A DNA stretch of 64,000 nt from positions 13,725 through 77,724 of the forward strand of contig CADBRR010000020.1 of NCBI GenBank assembly GCA_902797145.1. The letters run 5' to 3'. A program made the translations under genes and the position numbers. Shown in pieces: positions 45,701 to 56,661 of this stretch. The DNA is from an uncultured Eubacteriales bacterium (GTDB taxonomy: Bacteria; Bacillota; Clostridia; Christensenellales; CAG-138). Each line of letters starts with the position of its first letter. The first letter of the stretch is position 1. The notes under the pieces are model-generated. The model had not been told where the DNA came from. It did not search any database and worked only from the letters and a program-made list of their open reading frames with translations.

Positions 45701-47037
45701 TTTACATACCTCGCAAATTCTATTTTCAATATTCTTTTTGTGTTTGAATCCACCCTTACAAGCTGTGAAATACAGAATCTCGGAATATACAGCACGTTGT
45801 TTTCCGAGCATATCATAAGCATATTTCTCTGCGTTTGCGGAATTTTCTTATCAATAAACCAATCCTTTAATTTTTTTGCGCCCGGAGCGCCAACAGGATA
45901 AAATCTATCTCCGTTCCTTCTCCTGCGTACCTTTATTTCGCCCTTAACCTTATCATAATCTATATATGCGCAATTATCGCCTTTTTTATATTCATCTACC
46001 AAGAACGCTCTAACTTCCATATCAGCAATTTTAGTTATGCCATTTATAACGAGCGTTGCTTCTTCATCGGCTAAAATTTCTTTATCATTTGTGAACGCTA
46101 TTATATCATAGCTTACATATGCGCTTATATGCTTTATATTTATTCTTGTGCCTGTTTTTGCACCCAAAAGCTTTATAAGCATATCAATATGTTTCTTTTC
46201 AATATCAGTAAAAACTCCGTTTTCCCTAAGTGCCGCACGAAGCGCCCTTGAAAGCACCGGCTTTTCACCTTTTAACAAAATACTCCTTGAATAGCCTGTT
46301 TCAACCCTTGCGTTTTCTAAAAGCTCCAACGCTTTCCTTTCGATATAATCTTCATCATCTAAAAGCAATCGTGCATTTTCGCATAGGCAATCTATTATTC
46401 TCGGATTTATATTTTCCTCAATATACGGAATCAGTTCGAGGCGAAGTTTATTTCGCCTTGCGTCAAGTTCAAGGTTTGTTTCATCTGTGCAGTATTCGAT
46501 GTTATTCTTTTCAAGATATTTTTCTATATCGTTTCGACTTACATCAAGAAATGGTCTTATAATGTTGCCACGAACATATTTCATTCCAACAAGCCCCGAA
46601 AGTCCGCTACCCCTGAACATATGCAGCAATATGCTTTCCGCCTGGTCGTTTTTATGGTGCGCAACTGCAATACTCTTTGCCCCGAATTTTTCCCTGACGC
46701 TTTCGAGAAATTCGTATCTTATATTTCTTGCAGCCTGCTCAATAGTCTGCGATTTTCTTTTAGCCTCTAACGGAATATCTGCATAACCTATTTCGAGCGG
46801 AACACATAACTTTTCACACAGCGCAATGACATATTTTTCATCACGCTTTGCGCTTTCGCCCCTTATTCCATGATTTAAGTGTGCAGCGCACAGTTCAAAC
46901 CCCATTTCACCGGAAAGGGAATTAAGCGCATATAATAGAGCAACAGAGTCAGCGCCTCCACTGACCCCGACAAGGACTTTATCACCCTTATCAATAAGCT
47001 CATGCGTTTGTATTGTCTTTTTAACCCTTTCCAGCAT
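45697..47037 (-). CDS. tilS: tRNA(Ile)-lysidine synthase
   Basis: PP-loop VGVSGGADS; 446 aa; conserved tilS-hpt pairing. Confidence 0.92.
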   Translation of the reverse strand: MLERVKKTIQTHELIDKGDKVLVGVSGGADSVALLYALNSLSGEMGFELCAAHLNHGIRGESAKRDEKYVIALCEKLCVPLEIGYADIPLEAKRKSQTIEQAARNIRYEFLESVREKFGAKSIAVAHHKNDQAESILLHMFRGSGLSGLVGMKYVRGNIIRPFLDVSRNDIEKYLEKNNIEYCTDETNLELDARRNKLRLELIPYIEENINPRIIDCLCENARLLLDDEDYIERKALELLENARVETGYSRSILLKGEKPVLSRALRAALRENGVFTDIEKKHIDMLIKLLGAKTGTRINIKHISAYVSYDIIAFTNDKEILADEEATLVINGITKIADMEVRAFLVDEYKKGDNCAYIDYDKVKGEIKVRRRRNGDRFYPVGAPGAKKLKDWFIDKKIPQTQRNMLMICSENNVLYIPRFCISQLVRVDSNTKRILKIEFARYVK

Positions 47038-47060
47038 TTTTATATTTCCTTAATTATATT

Positions 47061-47687
47061 TTACTTCGTTCCGAAAAGTCTATCGCCTGCATCGCCAAGT
47101 CCGGGTACGATATAGCCATGTTCATTGAGGCAAGTATCTATTGATGCAACGAAAACATCTACATCAGGATGAGCTTCCTGTACAGTCTTTATTCCTTCAG
47201 GTGCAGAAATAAGGCAAACGAGCTTTATGTTCTTGCAGCCTGCTTCTTTAAGAACGTTTATTCCCTCAACTGCGCTTCCGCCTGTTGCGAGCATAGGATC
47301 AACAATTATAGCATCCCTTTCCTGAATATCAGCAGGGAGCTTTTTATAATAAGCAACGGGTTTGAGTGTCTTTTCGTCCCTAAAAATTCCGATATGTCCT
47401 ACCTTTGCAGTGGGAATTAGGCTCATCATACCATCGACCATACCAAGGCCTGCACGAAGAATAGGTACTATTGCGAGTTTCTTGCCTGCTAAAACCTTTG
47501 TCTTTGCGGGAGCAATAGGTGTTTCAACGATAACTTCTTTAAGCGGCAAATCCCTTGTTACTTCATATGCGAGCAAAGTTGCAATTTCCTGAACGAGTTC
47601 ACGAAACTCCTTTGTACCCGTGTTCTTATCCCTAAGAATGCTGAGCTTGTGCTGAACAAGCGGATGATCCAAAACTGTAAGTGACAT
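47061..47687 (-). CDS. upp: Uracil phosphoribosyltransferase
   Basis: 208 aa; [26 protein letters not shown]. Confidence 0.95.
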   Translation of the reverse strand: MSLTVLDHPLVQHKLSILRDKNTGTKEFRELVQEIATLLAYEVTRDLPLKEVIVETPIAPAKTKVLAGKKLAIVPILRAGLGMVDGMMSLIPTAKVGHIGIFRDEKTLKPVAYYKKLPADIQERDAIIVDPMLATGGSAVEGINVLKEAGCKNIKLVCLISAPEGIKTVQEAHPDVDVFVASIDTCLNEHGYIVPGLGDAGDRLFGTK

Positions 47688-47711
47688 AATCTTAAATCTC
47701 CTTTATAAATT

Positions 47712-48152
47712 TTATTTGTTTTCGTAATTTGTTATCATATCAATTCTCTTCTGGTGACGACCGCCTGTAAATTCAGTTTCAAGCCACACCCTTGTAATTT
47801 CCTTTGCAGTTTCAATGCCTATGATTCTTCCGCCCATTGCAAGGACATTTGTATTGTTATGCTCCCTTGTGAGCTTTGCCGAAAGAACATCTCCGCAGAG
47901 CGCACAGCGTATTCCCTTAACCTTGTTTGCGCAGATACTCATTCCGATACCCGTACCGCACACGAGAATTCCTCTATCAAATTCTCCGTTTGCAACCTTT
48001 TCGCAAAGTGGGAAAGCATAGTCAGGATAATTTACGCTGTCTGTTGAATAACAGCCCATATCCTCAACTTCATGACCCAGAGTCTTAATATATTCCCTTA
48101 TCTCTTCCTTGTGCGCAAATCCGCCATGATCGCTTGCAATTGCAATTTTCAT
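47712..48152 (-). CDS. rpiB: Ribose-5-phosphate isomerase B
   Basis: 146 aa; IASDHGG, LVCGTGIGMSI. Confidence 0.93.
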   Translation of the reverse strand: MKIAIASDHGGFAHKEEIREYIKTLGHEVEDMGCYSTDSVNYPDYAFPLCEKVANGEFDRGILVCGTGIGMSICANKVKGIRCALCGDVLSAKLTREHNNTNVLAMGGRIIGIETAKEITRVWLETEFTGGRHQKRIDMITNYENK

Positions 48153-48165
48153 AATGTTCCTCCAT

Positions 48166-49200
48166 TTATATCGTTTTGAACCCTGCTGCCCTTAAAAGCC
48201 TGTTCATATACGCAAGCCCTTCGCCTGTTTCATCGACCGCCTCGCACAGAATAAGGTCAACGCTCGTGCTATACTGTCTGAGTTTCGCAAACAAAGAATG
48301 TAAAAGCGTCATCGGTTCGTTTCTATCGCCTATTATATCATAATTTTTTGCCATATAAAAGTGTTCTGTTTGTTTTGTTGCAAGAATTATGCACTTTTTA
48401 TTTTCTTTTATCGTTTTTTCGTATTCTTTGTTTATAGCCTCAGCCTGTCTTTCTATATCACCCAAAGCTACGATAACTTCGCAATCAGGCGAATAATGTT
48501 TATGCAGCATTCCCGGAGATTCAGCTTTTTCTCCGTCTTTTAACGGATTTAAAACAGCTTTTGCGACCGAAACATTTTTAATTTCTTCTTCAAGCATTTC
48601 TTTTGTAATCGCACCGGGTCTTAAAACAGTAACGCTATCATCATCATTTATTTTAATTACCGTTGATTCTACGCCAACACGACATTCTCCGCCGTCAAGA
48701 ATAAGCTCTATCTTGCCCTGCATATCGTCATAAACGTGCTTTGCATTTGTGGGACTTGGTTTGCCCGAAGTATTTGCGCTGGGCGCAGCAATCGGTACGC
48801 CTGCAAGTGAAATAAGCTTCCTCGCAGTTTCATTTTCAGGCATTCTTATAGCAACAGTATCAAGCGATGCGCTTACTATATCGGGAACTATGCTTGACTT
48901 TTTATAAATTATCGTCAGCGGTCCCGGAAAAAACCTGTCCATAAGCTTTTTTGCAACATCAGGAACGCCTGTCCACAACTTTTCAGCATCGCCTTTATCG
49001 GCGATATGGAGTATAAGCGGATTATCTGACGGTCTGCCCTTTGCCTTGAATATCTTGCTTACAGCAGCCGCATCAAGCCCGTTTGCGCCAAGCCCATAAA
49101 CAGTTTCTGTTGGGAATGCGACAATCTCTCCATTTTTTATAAGCTCTGCTCCACGCTCTACTGAACCCGGAGCTAAAGCATCAAGTATTTTCGTTATCAT
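48166..49200 (-). CDS. tsaC: L-threonylcarbamoyladenylate synthase (long Sua5/YwlC form)
   Basis: FPTETVYGLGAN, SANTSGKPSPT and the C-terminal Sua5 domain; 344 aa. Confidence 0.9.
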   Translation of the reverse strand: MITKILDALAPGSVERGAELIKNGEIVAFPTETVYGLGANGLDAAAVSKIFKAKGRPSDNPLILHIADKGDAEKLWTGVPDVAKKLMDRFFPGPLTIIYKKSSIVPDIVSASLDTVAIRMPENETARKLISLAGVPIAAPSANTSGKPSPTNAKHVYDDMQGKIELILDGGECRVGVESTVIKINDDDSVTVLRPGAITKEMLEEEIKNVSVAKAVLNPLKDGEKAESPGMLHKHYSPDCEVIVALGDIERQAEAINKEYEKTIKENKKCIILATKQTEHFYMAKNYDIIGDRNEPMTLLHSLFAKLRQYSTSVDLILCEAVDETGEGLAYMNRLLRAAGFKTI

Positions 49201-49229
49201 AACAGCCTTTCACTATTTTATGCTTATTC

Positions 49230-50297
49230 TTATGCTTCTTCACCGCTTAACTGCGCAGTTCTTTCAGCAACTATGAGCGCATCAATTATTTCGTCCATAT
49301 CGCCGTCAAGGAACGCTTCAAGCTTATACAGCGTTATGCCTATTCTATGGTCTGTAACTCGGCTCTGTGGGAAGTTATAAGTCCTAATTCGCTCTGAACG
49401 GTCGCCCGAACCTACAAGGCTCTTTCTTGCGCTTGCTTCCTTTGCGTTTTTCTCGTTTTCATACATTTCAAAAAGCCTTGATTTTAGAACTCGCATTGCC
49501 TTATCCTTATTTTTGAACTGGCTTCTCTCGTCCTGACACTGAACAACAAGCCCTGTCGGTATATGCGTAATTCTAATAGCAGATGAAGTCTTATTTACGT
49601 GCTGACCGCCTGCGCCGCCGCTTCTATATGTATCTATCTGCAAGTCGTTAGGATTGATTTCTATTTCAACATCTTCTGCTTCGGGCATAACTGCAACGGT
49701 TGCAGCGGATGTATGTATTCTGCCCTGCGATTCAGTTTCGGGAACTCTCTGCACCCTATGAACTCCGCTTTCAAACTTCATTCTACTGTATGCACCTTTT
49801 CCCGTAAGGCTCAAAACCACTTCCTTAACTCCGCCCATTTCCGTCATATTCTCTGACAAAAACTCAGTTTTATAGCCATGACGCTCTGCATAACGCTGAT
49901 ACATTCTGAGCAAATCTGCGCCGAATAATGCAGCCTCATCGCCGCCTGTACCTGCCCTTATTTCAATAATAACGTTCTTATCATCGTTAGGGTCTTTGGG
50001 TAGCAACATAATTTTCAAATCGCTTTCAAGCTTTTCGCTCTTCTGTTCAAGCTCTGTCAATTCCTCATGAATAAGCTCCCTCATATCCTGCTCGGATACT
50101 GTTATCATATCTTTAAGCTCCGAAATAGAGTTCGTGCATTTGATATACTCATCATATACAGTAACTATTTCTTCAAGCTGTGCGTGCTCCTTTACAAGCT
50201 CTTTCCACCTTGCCTGATCGCTCATTGCATCGGGCTTTGAAAGCTCCTGCGTCAATTCTTCATATCTCGATTTTAAAATCTTTAATTTATTAAGCAT
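49230..50297 (-). CDS. prfA: Peptide chain release factor 1
   Basis: PET ([12 protein letters not shown]) and GGQ ([12 protein letters not shown]) motifs; 355 aa. Confidence 0.96.
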   Translation of the reverse strand: MLNKLKILKSRYEELTQELSKPDAMSDQARWKELVKEHAQLEEIVTVYDEYIKCTNSISELKDMITVSEQDMRELIHEELTELEQKSEKLESDLKIMLLPKDPNDDKNVIIEIRAGTGGDEAALFGADLLRMYQRYAERHGYKTEFLSENMTEMGGVKEVVLSLTGKGAYSRMKFESGVHRVQRVPETESQGRIHTSAATVAVMPEAEDVEIEINPNDLQIDTYRSGGAGGQHVNKTSSAIRITHIPTGLVVQCQDERSQFKNKDKAMRVLKSRLFEMYENEKNAKEASARKSLVGSGDRSERIRTYNFPQSRVTDHRIGITLYKLEAFLDGDMDEIIDALIVAERTAQLSGEEA

Positions 50298-50323
50298 TTA
50301 TATAAATTCCCTTCGGACAAATT

Positions 50324-51172
50324 CTATATTTTTCTAAGACCTACTCTTTTATTGGATCGTTTAATCAATGCAACCACTCTGTCCGTACCTGTTAAATCCT
50401 TTATAACATACGCACGTTTGCCGAGCATATTTACAACAGCCTGCGCCTGTCCTATTCCTACTTCGAGCAACATTGCACCGCCTTGTGTTAAATGTTCATA
50501 ATAATCTGCGGCGATTCGCCTATAAAAGTCAAGTCCATCTTTACCTCCGTCAAGCGCAAGCATAGGTTCATGCTTAACCTCTCTTTGTAGCATTTCTATA
50601 TCGCCTGTCGGTATATACGGAGGATTAGAAACTATAAGGTCGTACTTATCCCATATATTTTCAAAAAGGTCGCTCTTTACAGCAGTGACCTCTGCACCGA
50701 GCCTTTTTGCGTTTTCACAAGTAAGCTCTACGCATTTATCGCTTATATCGCAACAAGTAGTATTAAGCGATGCAAGCAGATTAAGGCTAATTCCTATACA
50801 GCCTGTTCCGCAACAAAGGTCAAGCGCTGTCATATACTCATTTCGCCTCGCAAGGTCTATTGCCGCTTCAACGAGCGTTTCAGTATCCTGACGAGGAATG
50901 AGCGCATTAGGGCTTACCCTGAATCCAAATCCCATAAAATCCCATGTTCCTATAATATACTGAATAGGCATACCCGATTCACGCTTTGAAACGTGGTTAA
51001 GTACTTCCTGCCAATATTTTTCGGGGAACTCATCATTTAGTCGCAATAGCAGTTCAGATATTGAGCATTTCATAACAAACGAAATAATAATTCGTGCCTG
51101 CTGATTAGCCTCTTCTAAAGCTGCCGGGCGTATTCTTTCTTCAACGATTTTTACGGCTTCATAGATTTTCAT
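50324..51172 (-). CDS. prmC: Release-factor glutamine N5-methyltransferase
   Basis: DLCCGTGCIG and NPPY motifs, downstream of prfA. Confidence 0.92.
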   Translation of the reverse strand: MKIYEAVKIVEERIRPAALEEANQQARIIISFVMKCSISELLLRLNDEFPEKYWQEVLNHVSKRESGMPIQYIIGTWDFMGFGFRVSPNALIPRQDTETLVEAAIDLARRNEYMTALDLCCGTGCIGISLNLLASLNTTCCDISDKCVELTCENAKRLGAEVTAVKSDLFENIWDKYDLIVSNPPYIPTGDIEMLQREVKHEPMLALDGGKDGLDFYRRIAADYYEHLTQGGAMLLEVGIGQAQAVVNMLGKRAYVIKDLTGTDRVVALIKRSNKRVGLRKI

Positions 51173-51224
51173 ATAAAATTACCCCCCTTGGTGATTTTAT
51201 GGAATTTTTATAGTATTTATTTAA

Positions 51225-52061
51225 TTATACAGTTTTTCCGACATATGTGAAACAGTTTTTGAATATTTTTTTAATATTTTTTTCCGCATTAACAGCATCG
51301 AGTCTATTTTTGAATATTCCATACACGCATGAACCCGAACCTGTCATACAAGAACTCAATGCACCATATTCTAAAACTGCGTTCTTTATATCATTTATTA
51401 CCGGAAGATACTCTATCGCCGCATCTTCAAGCGAGTTTTCAATTATTTTTGATATTCGTTCAACATCGCCTGAATTTACGACATCAAATATCGTTTCCCT
51501 ATCAATTTTATCATCGTTACAGTTCACCCTATCAAAAAGATATTTTGTGCTGATACCTTCTTCGGGTTTAACGAGCAATATATCTGCATTTATCTTATTT
51601 AGCTTTACGAGCTTTTCGCCTATTCCGCCTGCGTATGCGCAACCGCCCATAAGCTGAAACGGAACGTCTGCTCCGCACAAAAGCGCTATTTCATAAATTT
51701 GCTTTTTATCAACAGTTCCATAGAGCACATCAAGCCCTTTTAAGACTGCCGAACAATCAGCCGATGCGCTTCCAAGCCCTGACTGTGACGGTATAGCGCA
51801 TTTTATAAATATTTCTGCGCTGACCTTTATTCCTGAACTTTTTTCTGAAAACTCGGAATAAAGCATTACTGCCTTTTTTGAAATATTGTTTTCAGGAATC
51901 TCCACATCTGCGCTAACCCTTATTTTATCGCTTTTTTCTATCCTAACAATATCGTACAAGTCGATGGTGTGCATAATCGTTTCCAACTCATGATAACCAT
52001 CTTCTCTTTCGCCAAGAACATGAAGCAGCAGATTTATTTTTGAATAAGCCTTAATTTCCAT
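51225..52061 (-). CDS. ispE: 4-diphosphocytidyl-2-C-methyl-D-erythritol kinase
   Basis: KINLLLHVLGEREDGYHEL and GHMP-kinase PSQSGLGSASAD. Confidence 0.9.
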   Translation of the reverse strand: MEIKAYSKINLLLHVLGEREDGYHELETIMHTIDLYDIVRIEKSDKIRVSADVEIPENNISKKAVMLYSEFSEKSSGIKVSAEIFIKCAIPSQSGLGSASADCSAVLKGLDVLYGTVDKKQIYEIALLCGADVPFQLMGGCAYAGGIGEKLVKLNKINADILLVKPEEGISTKYLFDRVNCNDDKIDRETIFDVVNSGDVERISKIIENSLEDAAIEYLPVINDIKNAVLEYGALSSCMTGSGSCVYGIFKNRLDAVNAEKNIKKIFKNCFTYVGKTV

Positions 52062-52064
52062 AAT

Positions 52065-53705
52065 TTATTTTATCATATCGTTTATAGCCGATACAAGTGT
52101 AGAAATCATTTTATCCGAGTTTTCTTCGCTCTTTGAATTTACACCGATATAGAACTTGATTTTCGGTTCTGTGCCTGACGGCCTTGCGATAATCGTTGAA
52201 CCATCTTCGAGCGTAAACCTTATCATATTCGATTTAGGAAAATCGTTCATTTTCTCAAAATCCTCTGTTTTAGCAACGCATTTTCCGCCGAGCGAATCAA
52301 GTCCGTTTTCCCTTAAATTCCTCATTATATCCGAAATCTTTTCAACGCCCTCTTTGCCCTCGAAAGTGTAGGAGATAGTTTTTTCCTTATAATATCCGTA
52401 TTTATTATAAATTTCAAGGAGTGCATCGTAGAGTGTCATTCCCCTATCGAGGTAGTATGCGCCCGCCTCGCAAATCATCATTGCAGCAAAGACGGCATCT
52501 TTATCCCTTGAAAAACCGCCTGCAAGGTAGCCATGGCTTTCTTCAAAGCCGAATATGAACCTATTGCCGTATTCCTCAATTTTTTCCGATATAAACCTGA
52601 ATCCTGTCGGAACGCTAATCAGTTTTACTCCGAACGACTCCGCAATAGCATCTGCGAGCGTTGTAGAAACTATTGACTTTACGACCATTCCATTTTGGGG
52701 AATATCCTTTTTTGACGAAAGAATATAATAAAGCAGTACTGCGCCTATCTGATTTCCTGTAAGCGTTCTAAATTCTCCGCTGTGCGTTTTAACGCAAACC
52801 CCAAGCCTATCGGAATCGGGGTCTGTGCCTATGAGAAGGTTTGCGCCGACCTTGTCTGCAAGAATTTTTGCCAAATTGAACGCTTCGGGGTTTTCAGGGT
52901 TAGGAACCGAAACTGTCGGGAAATTTCCATCGGGCAATTCCTGTTCTTTAACGGTATATACATTTTTGAACCCTGAACGCTTCAATATCTCACATACAGG
53001 AACGAACCCTGAGCCATGCAGCGGAGTATAGACTATTTTAAGCTCACCGCCATGCTTTTCGATCATATCTCTATTTATCAGCAGGCTTTGAGTTGCCTTA
53101 TAATATTCCTCATCAATTTCCTTGCCGATATATTGGAGCAAACCGCACTCAACAGCCTTTTCTTCGCCCATTTCTTCAACATCAAACGGATTTATTTTTT
53201 CGATATAACCTGTAACGAGCTTTGCAACATCGGGCGTTATTTGACCACCGTCTTTACCGTAAACCTTATATCCGTTATATTCAGGCGGATTATGGCTTGC
53301 AGTTATAACTATGCCTGCTATGCAGCCAAGATGCCTTATAGTAAACGAAAGCTGTGGTACTGAGTGGAGCGTACTATAAAGATATGCTTTTATTCCGTTT
53401 TGAGCGAGCACAAGCGCAGTCCTTTTTGCAAATTCCTTTGACATATTTCTTGAATCATATGCAATAGCAACACCCTTTTCATAATCGGGAAGCGTTTTGA
53501 GATATTCAGCTACACCCTTTGTTGCCTGTCCTACGACATATATATTCATTCTGTTTGTGCCAAGACCGATTTTGCCTCGAAGTCCTGCCGTACCAAATTC
53601 AAGGCTTTTATAAAACCTATCTTCTATCTGTTTAGGGTCGATGTTTTTAAGCTCTGCATCGCCTGTTTTTTCAAACCACAATTTGTAAATATCCATATAT
53701 TCCAT
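52065..53705 (-). CDS. pgcA: Phosphoglucomutase/phosphomannomutase family protein
   Basis: Active-site TASHNPPEYNGYK and the metal loop GTDPDSDR. ATG at 53705 preferred. Confidence 0.9.
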   Translation of the reverse strand: MEYMDIYKLWFEKTGDAELKNIDPKQIEDRFYKSLEFGTAGLRGKIGLGTNRMNIYVVGQATKGVAEYLKTLPDYEKGVAIAYDSRNMSKEFAKRTALVLAQNGIKAYLYSTLHSVPQLSFTIRHLGCIAGIVITASHNPPEYNGYKVYGKDGGQITPDVAKLVTGYIEKINPFDVEEMGEEKAVECGLLQYIGKEIDEEYYKATQSLLINRDMIEKHGGELKIVYTPLHGSGFVPVCEILKRSGFKNVYTVKEQELPDGNFPTVSVPNPENPEAFNLAKILADKVGANLLIGTDPDSDRLGVCVKTHSGEFRTLTGNQIGAVLLYYILSSKKDIPQNGMVVKSIVSTTLADAIAESFGVKLISVPTGFRFISEKIEEYGNRFIFGFEESHGYLAGGFSRDKDAVFAAMMICEAGAYYLDRGMTLYDALLEIYNKYGYYKEKTISYTFEGKEGVEKISDIMRNLRENGLDSLGGKCVAKTEDFEKMNDFPKSNMIRFTLEDGSTIIARPSGTEPKIKFYIGVNSKSEENSDKMISTLVSAINDMIK

Positions 53706-53789
53706 AATTTTAATCTCCCATACTTTAAAAATAACCACCAAAGGATACGCCTTATACATTATCCGCTGATGGTTTTGATTTAAGCTGAT

Positions 53790-54638
53790 TTATTGTTTTG
53801 ATTTTTCGAGTATCTTCGAGTCAGGATACATTTTAGTCAGCACAAATTCAACAAGCCTTGCGGGGAACAATCGTTTAAGGAAAACAAGTATTTTATAGCT
53901 TACGCCTACCGTTTTCCTAACGGGCGGATTTTTCTTTTTTATAACAGAAAGGATTACTTTTGAAACATTTATCGGGTCAACGCCTGTCTGTTCGTCGTGT
54001 TCCATCTGTTTAATAGCCCTTGTCATTCTCTCCCCATACGCTGTATTCTTTGCGTTTTGTGAATATATCCTTGCGCCTGTGAACCCTGTTTTTGTATCGC
54101 CGGGCTCAATAGTACAAGCCTTTACGCCGAACGGTTTTATCTCTATTCTTAAACATTCGGTAAGCGTATCGACAGCGCACTTTGACGAACTATAAAGCGA
54201 TTGGAACGGTATCGGGAAAATTCCGCCAACCGAGCCTATGTTCACTATTAGTCCGTTGTGTTGTCTGCGCATTATAGGCGCTACGAAATTTATCATTCTT
54301 ATAATTCCGAAATAGTTAGTATTAAACTGTTCAAATGCGTCAGATGATGTACAATCTTCAATAGCGCCTGCAATACCTGTTCCTGCGCAATTTATGAGAA
54401 CATCAATCCTATTCTCCATCAAAAGCACTTCATCAACACCATTTTTTACGGATTCATCGTCCGTTACGTCAAGCTTTATCATATGGACAAAGCCGTTACC
54501 TATCTTCTCGTGTCCGCCGCCCTTGCGTGAAGTTCCGTACACCCTGAACCCATTTTCTGCAAGCAGCTTTGCAGTCGCCTTGCCAATTCCGCTCGATGCG
54601 CCGGTTATAAGAACTACATTTCCGTATGGATTTTTCAT
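53790..54638 (-). CDS. SDR family oxidoreductase
   Basis: TGASSGIGKA, NCAG and YSSSK (YxxxK) motifs. Confidence 0.88.
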   Translation of the reverse strand: MKNPYGNVVLITGASSGIGKATAKLLAENGFRVYGTSRKGGGHEKIGNGFVHMIKLDVTDDESVKNGVDEVLLMENRIDVLINCAGTGIAGAIEDCTSSDAFEQFNTNYFGIIRMINFVAPIMRRQHNGLIVNIGSVGGIFPIPFQSLYSSSKCAVDTLTECLRIEIKPFGVKACTIEPGDTKTGFTGARIYSQNAKNTAYGERMTRAIKQMEHDEQTGVDPINVSKVILSVIKKKNPPVRKTVGVSYKILVFLKRLFPARLVEFVLTKMYPDSKILEKSKQ

Positions 54639-54841
54639 ATTACTGTACCAACTATTCTGAATATTATTCCCGAAACAAGCCCAATTATGCTTATAACAAG
54701 CTGTGCTGTCCTCTTATTCCCCTTTGACATATCTATACCTATCATTAATAGCCCAATGCCCGAAAGCACAAACGACAAGCTCGGTATAAACGGGGAAGCG
54801 ATAATTCCGAGTATCCCCAGTATAAATTCCGCAATTTTCAT
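54635..54841 (-). CDS. Small two-TM membrane protein
   Basis: 68 aa, hydrophobic. Its stop overlaps the SDR start by 4 nt. Confidence 0.55.
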   Translation of the reverse strand: MKIAEFILGILGIIASPFIPSLSFVLSGIGLLMIGIDMSKGNKRTAQLVISIIGLVSGIIFRIVGTVI

Positions 54842-54852
54842 AAATCACCTGA

Positions 54853-55233
54853 TTATTTTTCCGTATTTTTATCTTTATTCTTTTCTTCAAATTCCTTATC
54901 AAGGATTTTATTCATTTTTTGTCTGCTATTGTAAGCTATCGTTGTCGTTACAATTATAAGCAATACTGCACAGCCTATTGCGCCATACCATGCTACATCA
55001 ATTAAAACCGACTTGAAGCCCATAAAAAATGCAGTATTTACGATTAAAAGCAATACAGCGACAACTATAAGCCCTATACGCATAACGAGCCTATATTTTT
55101 TCTTGCCCTCTTCGTCATACTTGAACGCATCGTTTTCAAACAGTTTTCCACCGCCAATAACTGCGCAATATATAAGGTACAAAGCAATTATCGTAGATAA
55201 AATATTAAATGCTTCGGATTGAAAATTCTGCAT
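54853..55233 (-). CDS. Membrane protein, unknown function
   Basis: 126 aa with three predicted TM helices and a Lys/Glu-rich tail. Confidence 0.6.
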   Translation of the reverse strand: MQNFQSEAFNILSTIIALYLIYCAVIGGGKLFENDAFKYDEEGKKKYRLVMRIGLIVVAVLLLIVNTAFFMGFKSVLIDVAWYGAIGCAVLLIIVTTTIAYNSRQKMNKILDKEFEEKNKDKNTEK

Positions 55234-55260
55234 AATGCCTCCGTAAAAAGCGTTTAACGC

Positions 55261-56649
55261 TTATATTTTCTTGAGCTTTGCTCCCTCTCTTGTATCCTCT
55301 ACTGCAAAGCCCATAGCTTTGAGCTGTTCTCTTATTTCATCAGCCCTTGCGTAATTCTTTGCCTTTTTAGCTTCCGTTCTCTCGTTGAGAAGATTTATTG
55401 CTTCTTCCGGGAACTCGTCTGCCTTATCCTTAATGAGTATACCGAATACATCAGCAAATTCCATAAACAATTTCTTTGCTTCGTCAATAGCCTTTTTGCC
55501 ACGCTTTTCGCTTACAAAAGCGTTAGTAGTTCTTGCAAATTCAAAGAATACACCGAGCGCACCTGCTGTATTAAGGTCATCGTCCATATTTTCTTTAAAA
55601 GCGTTCCTAAACTCATCAAGCTTTGCGATGAACGCATTATCTTCTGCTGTTTCTTCGCCTACCTGTGCGCTGAACAATCTTTCCTTTGCAGTTTTAAGCC
55701 TTTCATATCCTGCCTTTGCCTGTTCCATAAGCTCCGGATTAAAATCAACCGGGTTTCTATAATGTGCATTGAGCATAAACAATCTTACAACTTCAAGGTC
55801 GTACTGCTCAGAAATTCCCCTTACCGTTTTGAAATTGCCTGCGCTCTTTGACATTTTTTCACCGTCGATATTGATAAATCCGTTATGCATCCAATATCTT
55901 GCAAAGGGCTTACCTGTTGCAGCTTCGCTCTGAGCTATCTCGTTTTCATGATGCGGGAATACAAGGTCTTTTCCGCCTGCGTGAATATCAAATGTTTCGC
56001 CCAATATCTTCATACTCATTGCCGAGCATTCTATATGCCAACCGGGTCTGCCCTTGCCCCACGGTGAATCCCAGCTCGGTTCACCGGGTTTTTCGCCTTT
56101 CCACAATGCGAAATCGAGCGGATCCCTTTTTAGCTCTGTCGGGCTTATTCTTGCGCCGCTTTCAAGAGATTCTATTGACTGACCTGAAAGCTTTCCATAA
56201 GGCGCATAACTTCTAACCGAGAAATATACATCGCCATTTTCAGCAGGATAAGCATAACCCTTTTCAACAAGCGTCTTTACAAGCTCGATAATTTCAGGAA
56301 TATGCTCCGTAGCTCTCGGATTTACCGTTGCCCTCTTAACGCCAAGCGCATCAGCGTCTGTATAATATTCTTTTATATACTTTTCTGCAATATCCTTGAC
56401 TGTTGTGTTTTCTTCGTGGGCACGCTTTATCATTTTATCGTCAATATCTGTAAAATTCTGTACAAATGTTACTTTATATCCTATATATTCAAGGTATCTT
56501 CTCATAGTATCAAAAACTATGAACGGTCTTGCGTTGCCAATATGGAAGAAGTTATAAACTGTCGGTCCGCAAACATACATTCTAATTTCACCCTCATGAA
56601 GCGGTATAAGTTCTTCCTTTTTTCTCGACATTGTATTATAAATCTGCAT
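55261..56649 (-). CDS. cysS: Cysteine--tRNA ligase
   Basis: HIGNARP (HIGH) and KMSKSAGN motifs; 462 aa. Confidence 0.96.
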   Translation of the reverse strand: MQIYNTMSRKKEELIPLHEGEIRMYVCGPTVYNFFHIGNARPFIVFDTMRRYLEYIGYKVTFVQNFTDIDDKMIKRAHEENTTVKDIAEKYIKEYYTDADALGVKRATVNPRATEHIPEIIELVKTLVEKGYAYPAENGDVYFSVRSYAPYGKLSGQSIESLESGARISPTELKRDPLDFALWKGEKPGEPSWDSPWGKGRPGWHIECSAMSMKILGETFDIHAGGKDLVFPHHENEIAQSEAATGKPFARYWMHNGFINIDGEKMSKSAGNFKTVRGISEQYDLEVVRLFMLNAHYRNPVDFNPELMEQAKAGYERLKTAKERLFSAQVGEETAEDNAFIAKLDEFRNAFKENMDDDLNTAGALGVFFEFARTTNAFVSEKRGKKAIDEAKKLFMEFADVFGILIKDKADEFPEEAINLLNERTEAKKAKNYARADEIREQLKAMGFAVEDTREGAKLKKI

Positions 56650-56661
56650 ATTATTTACTCC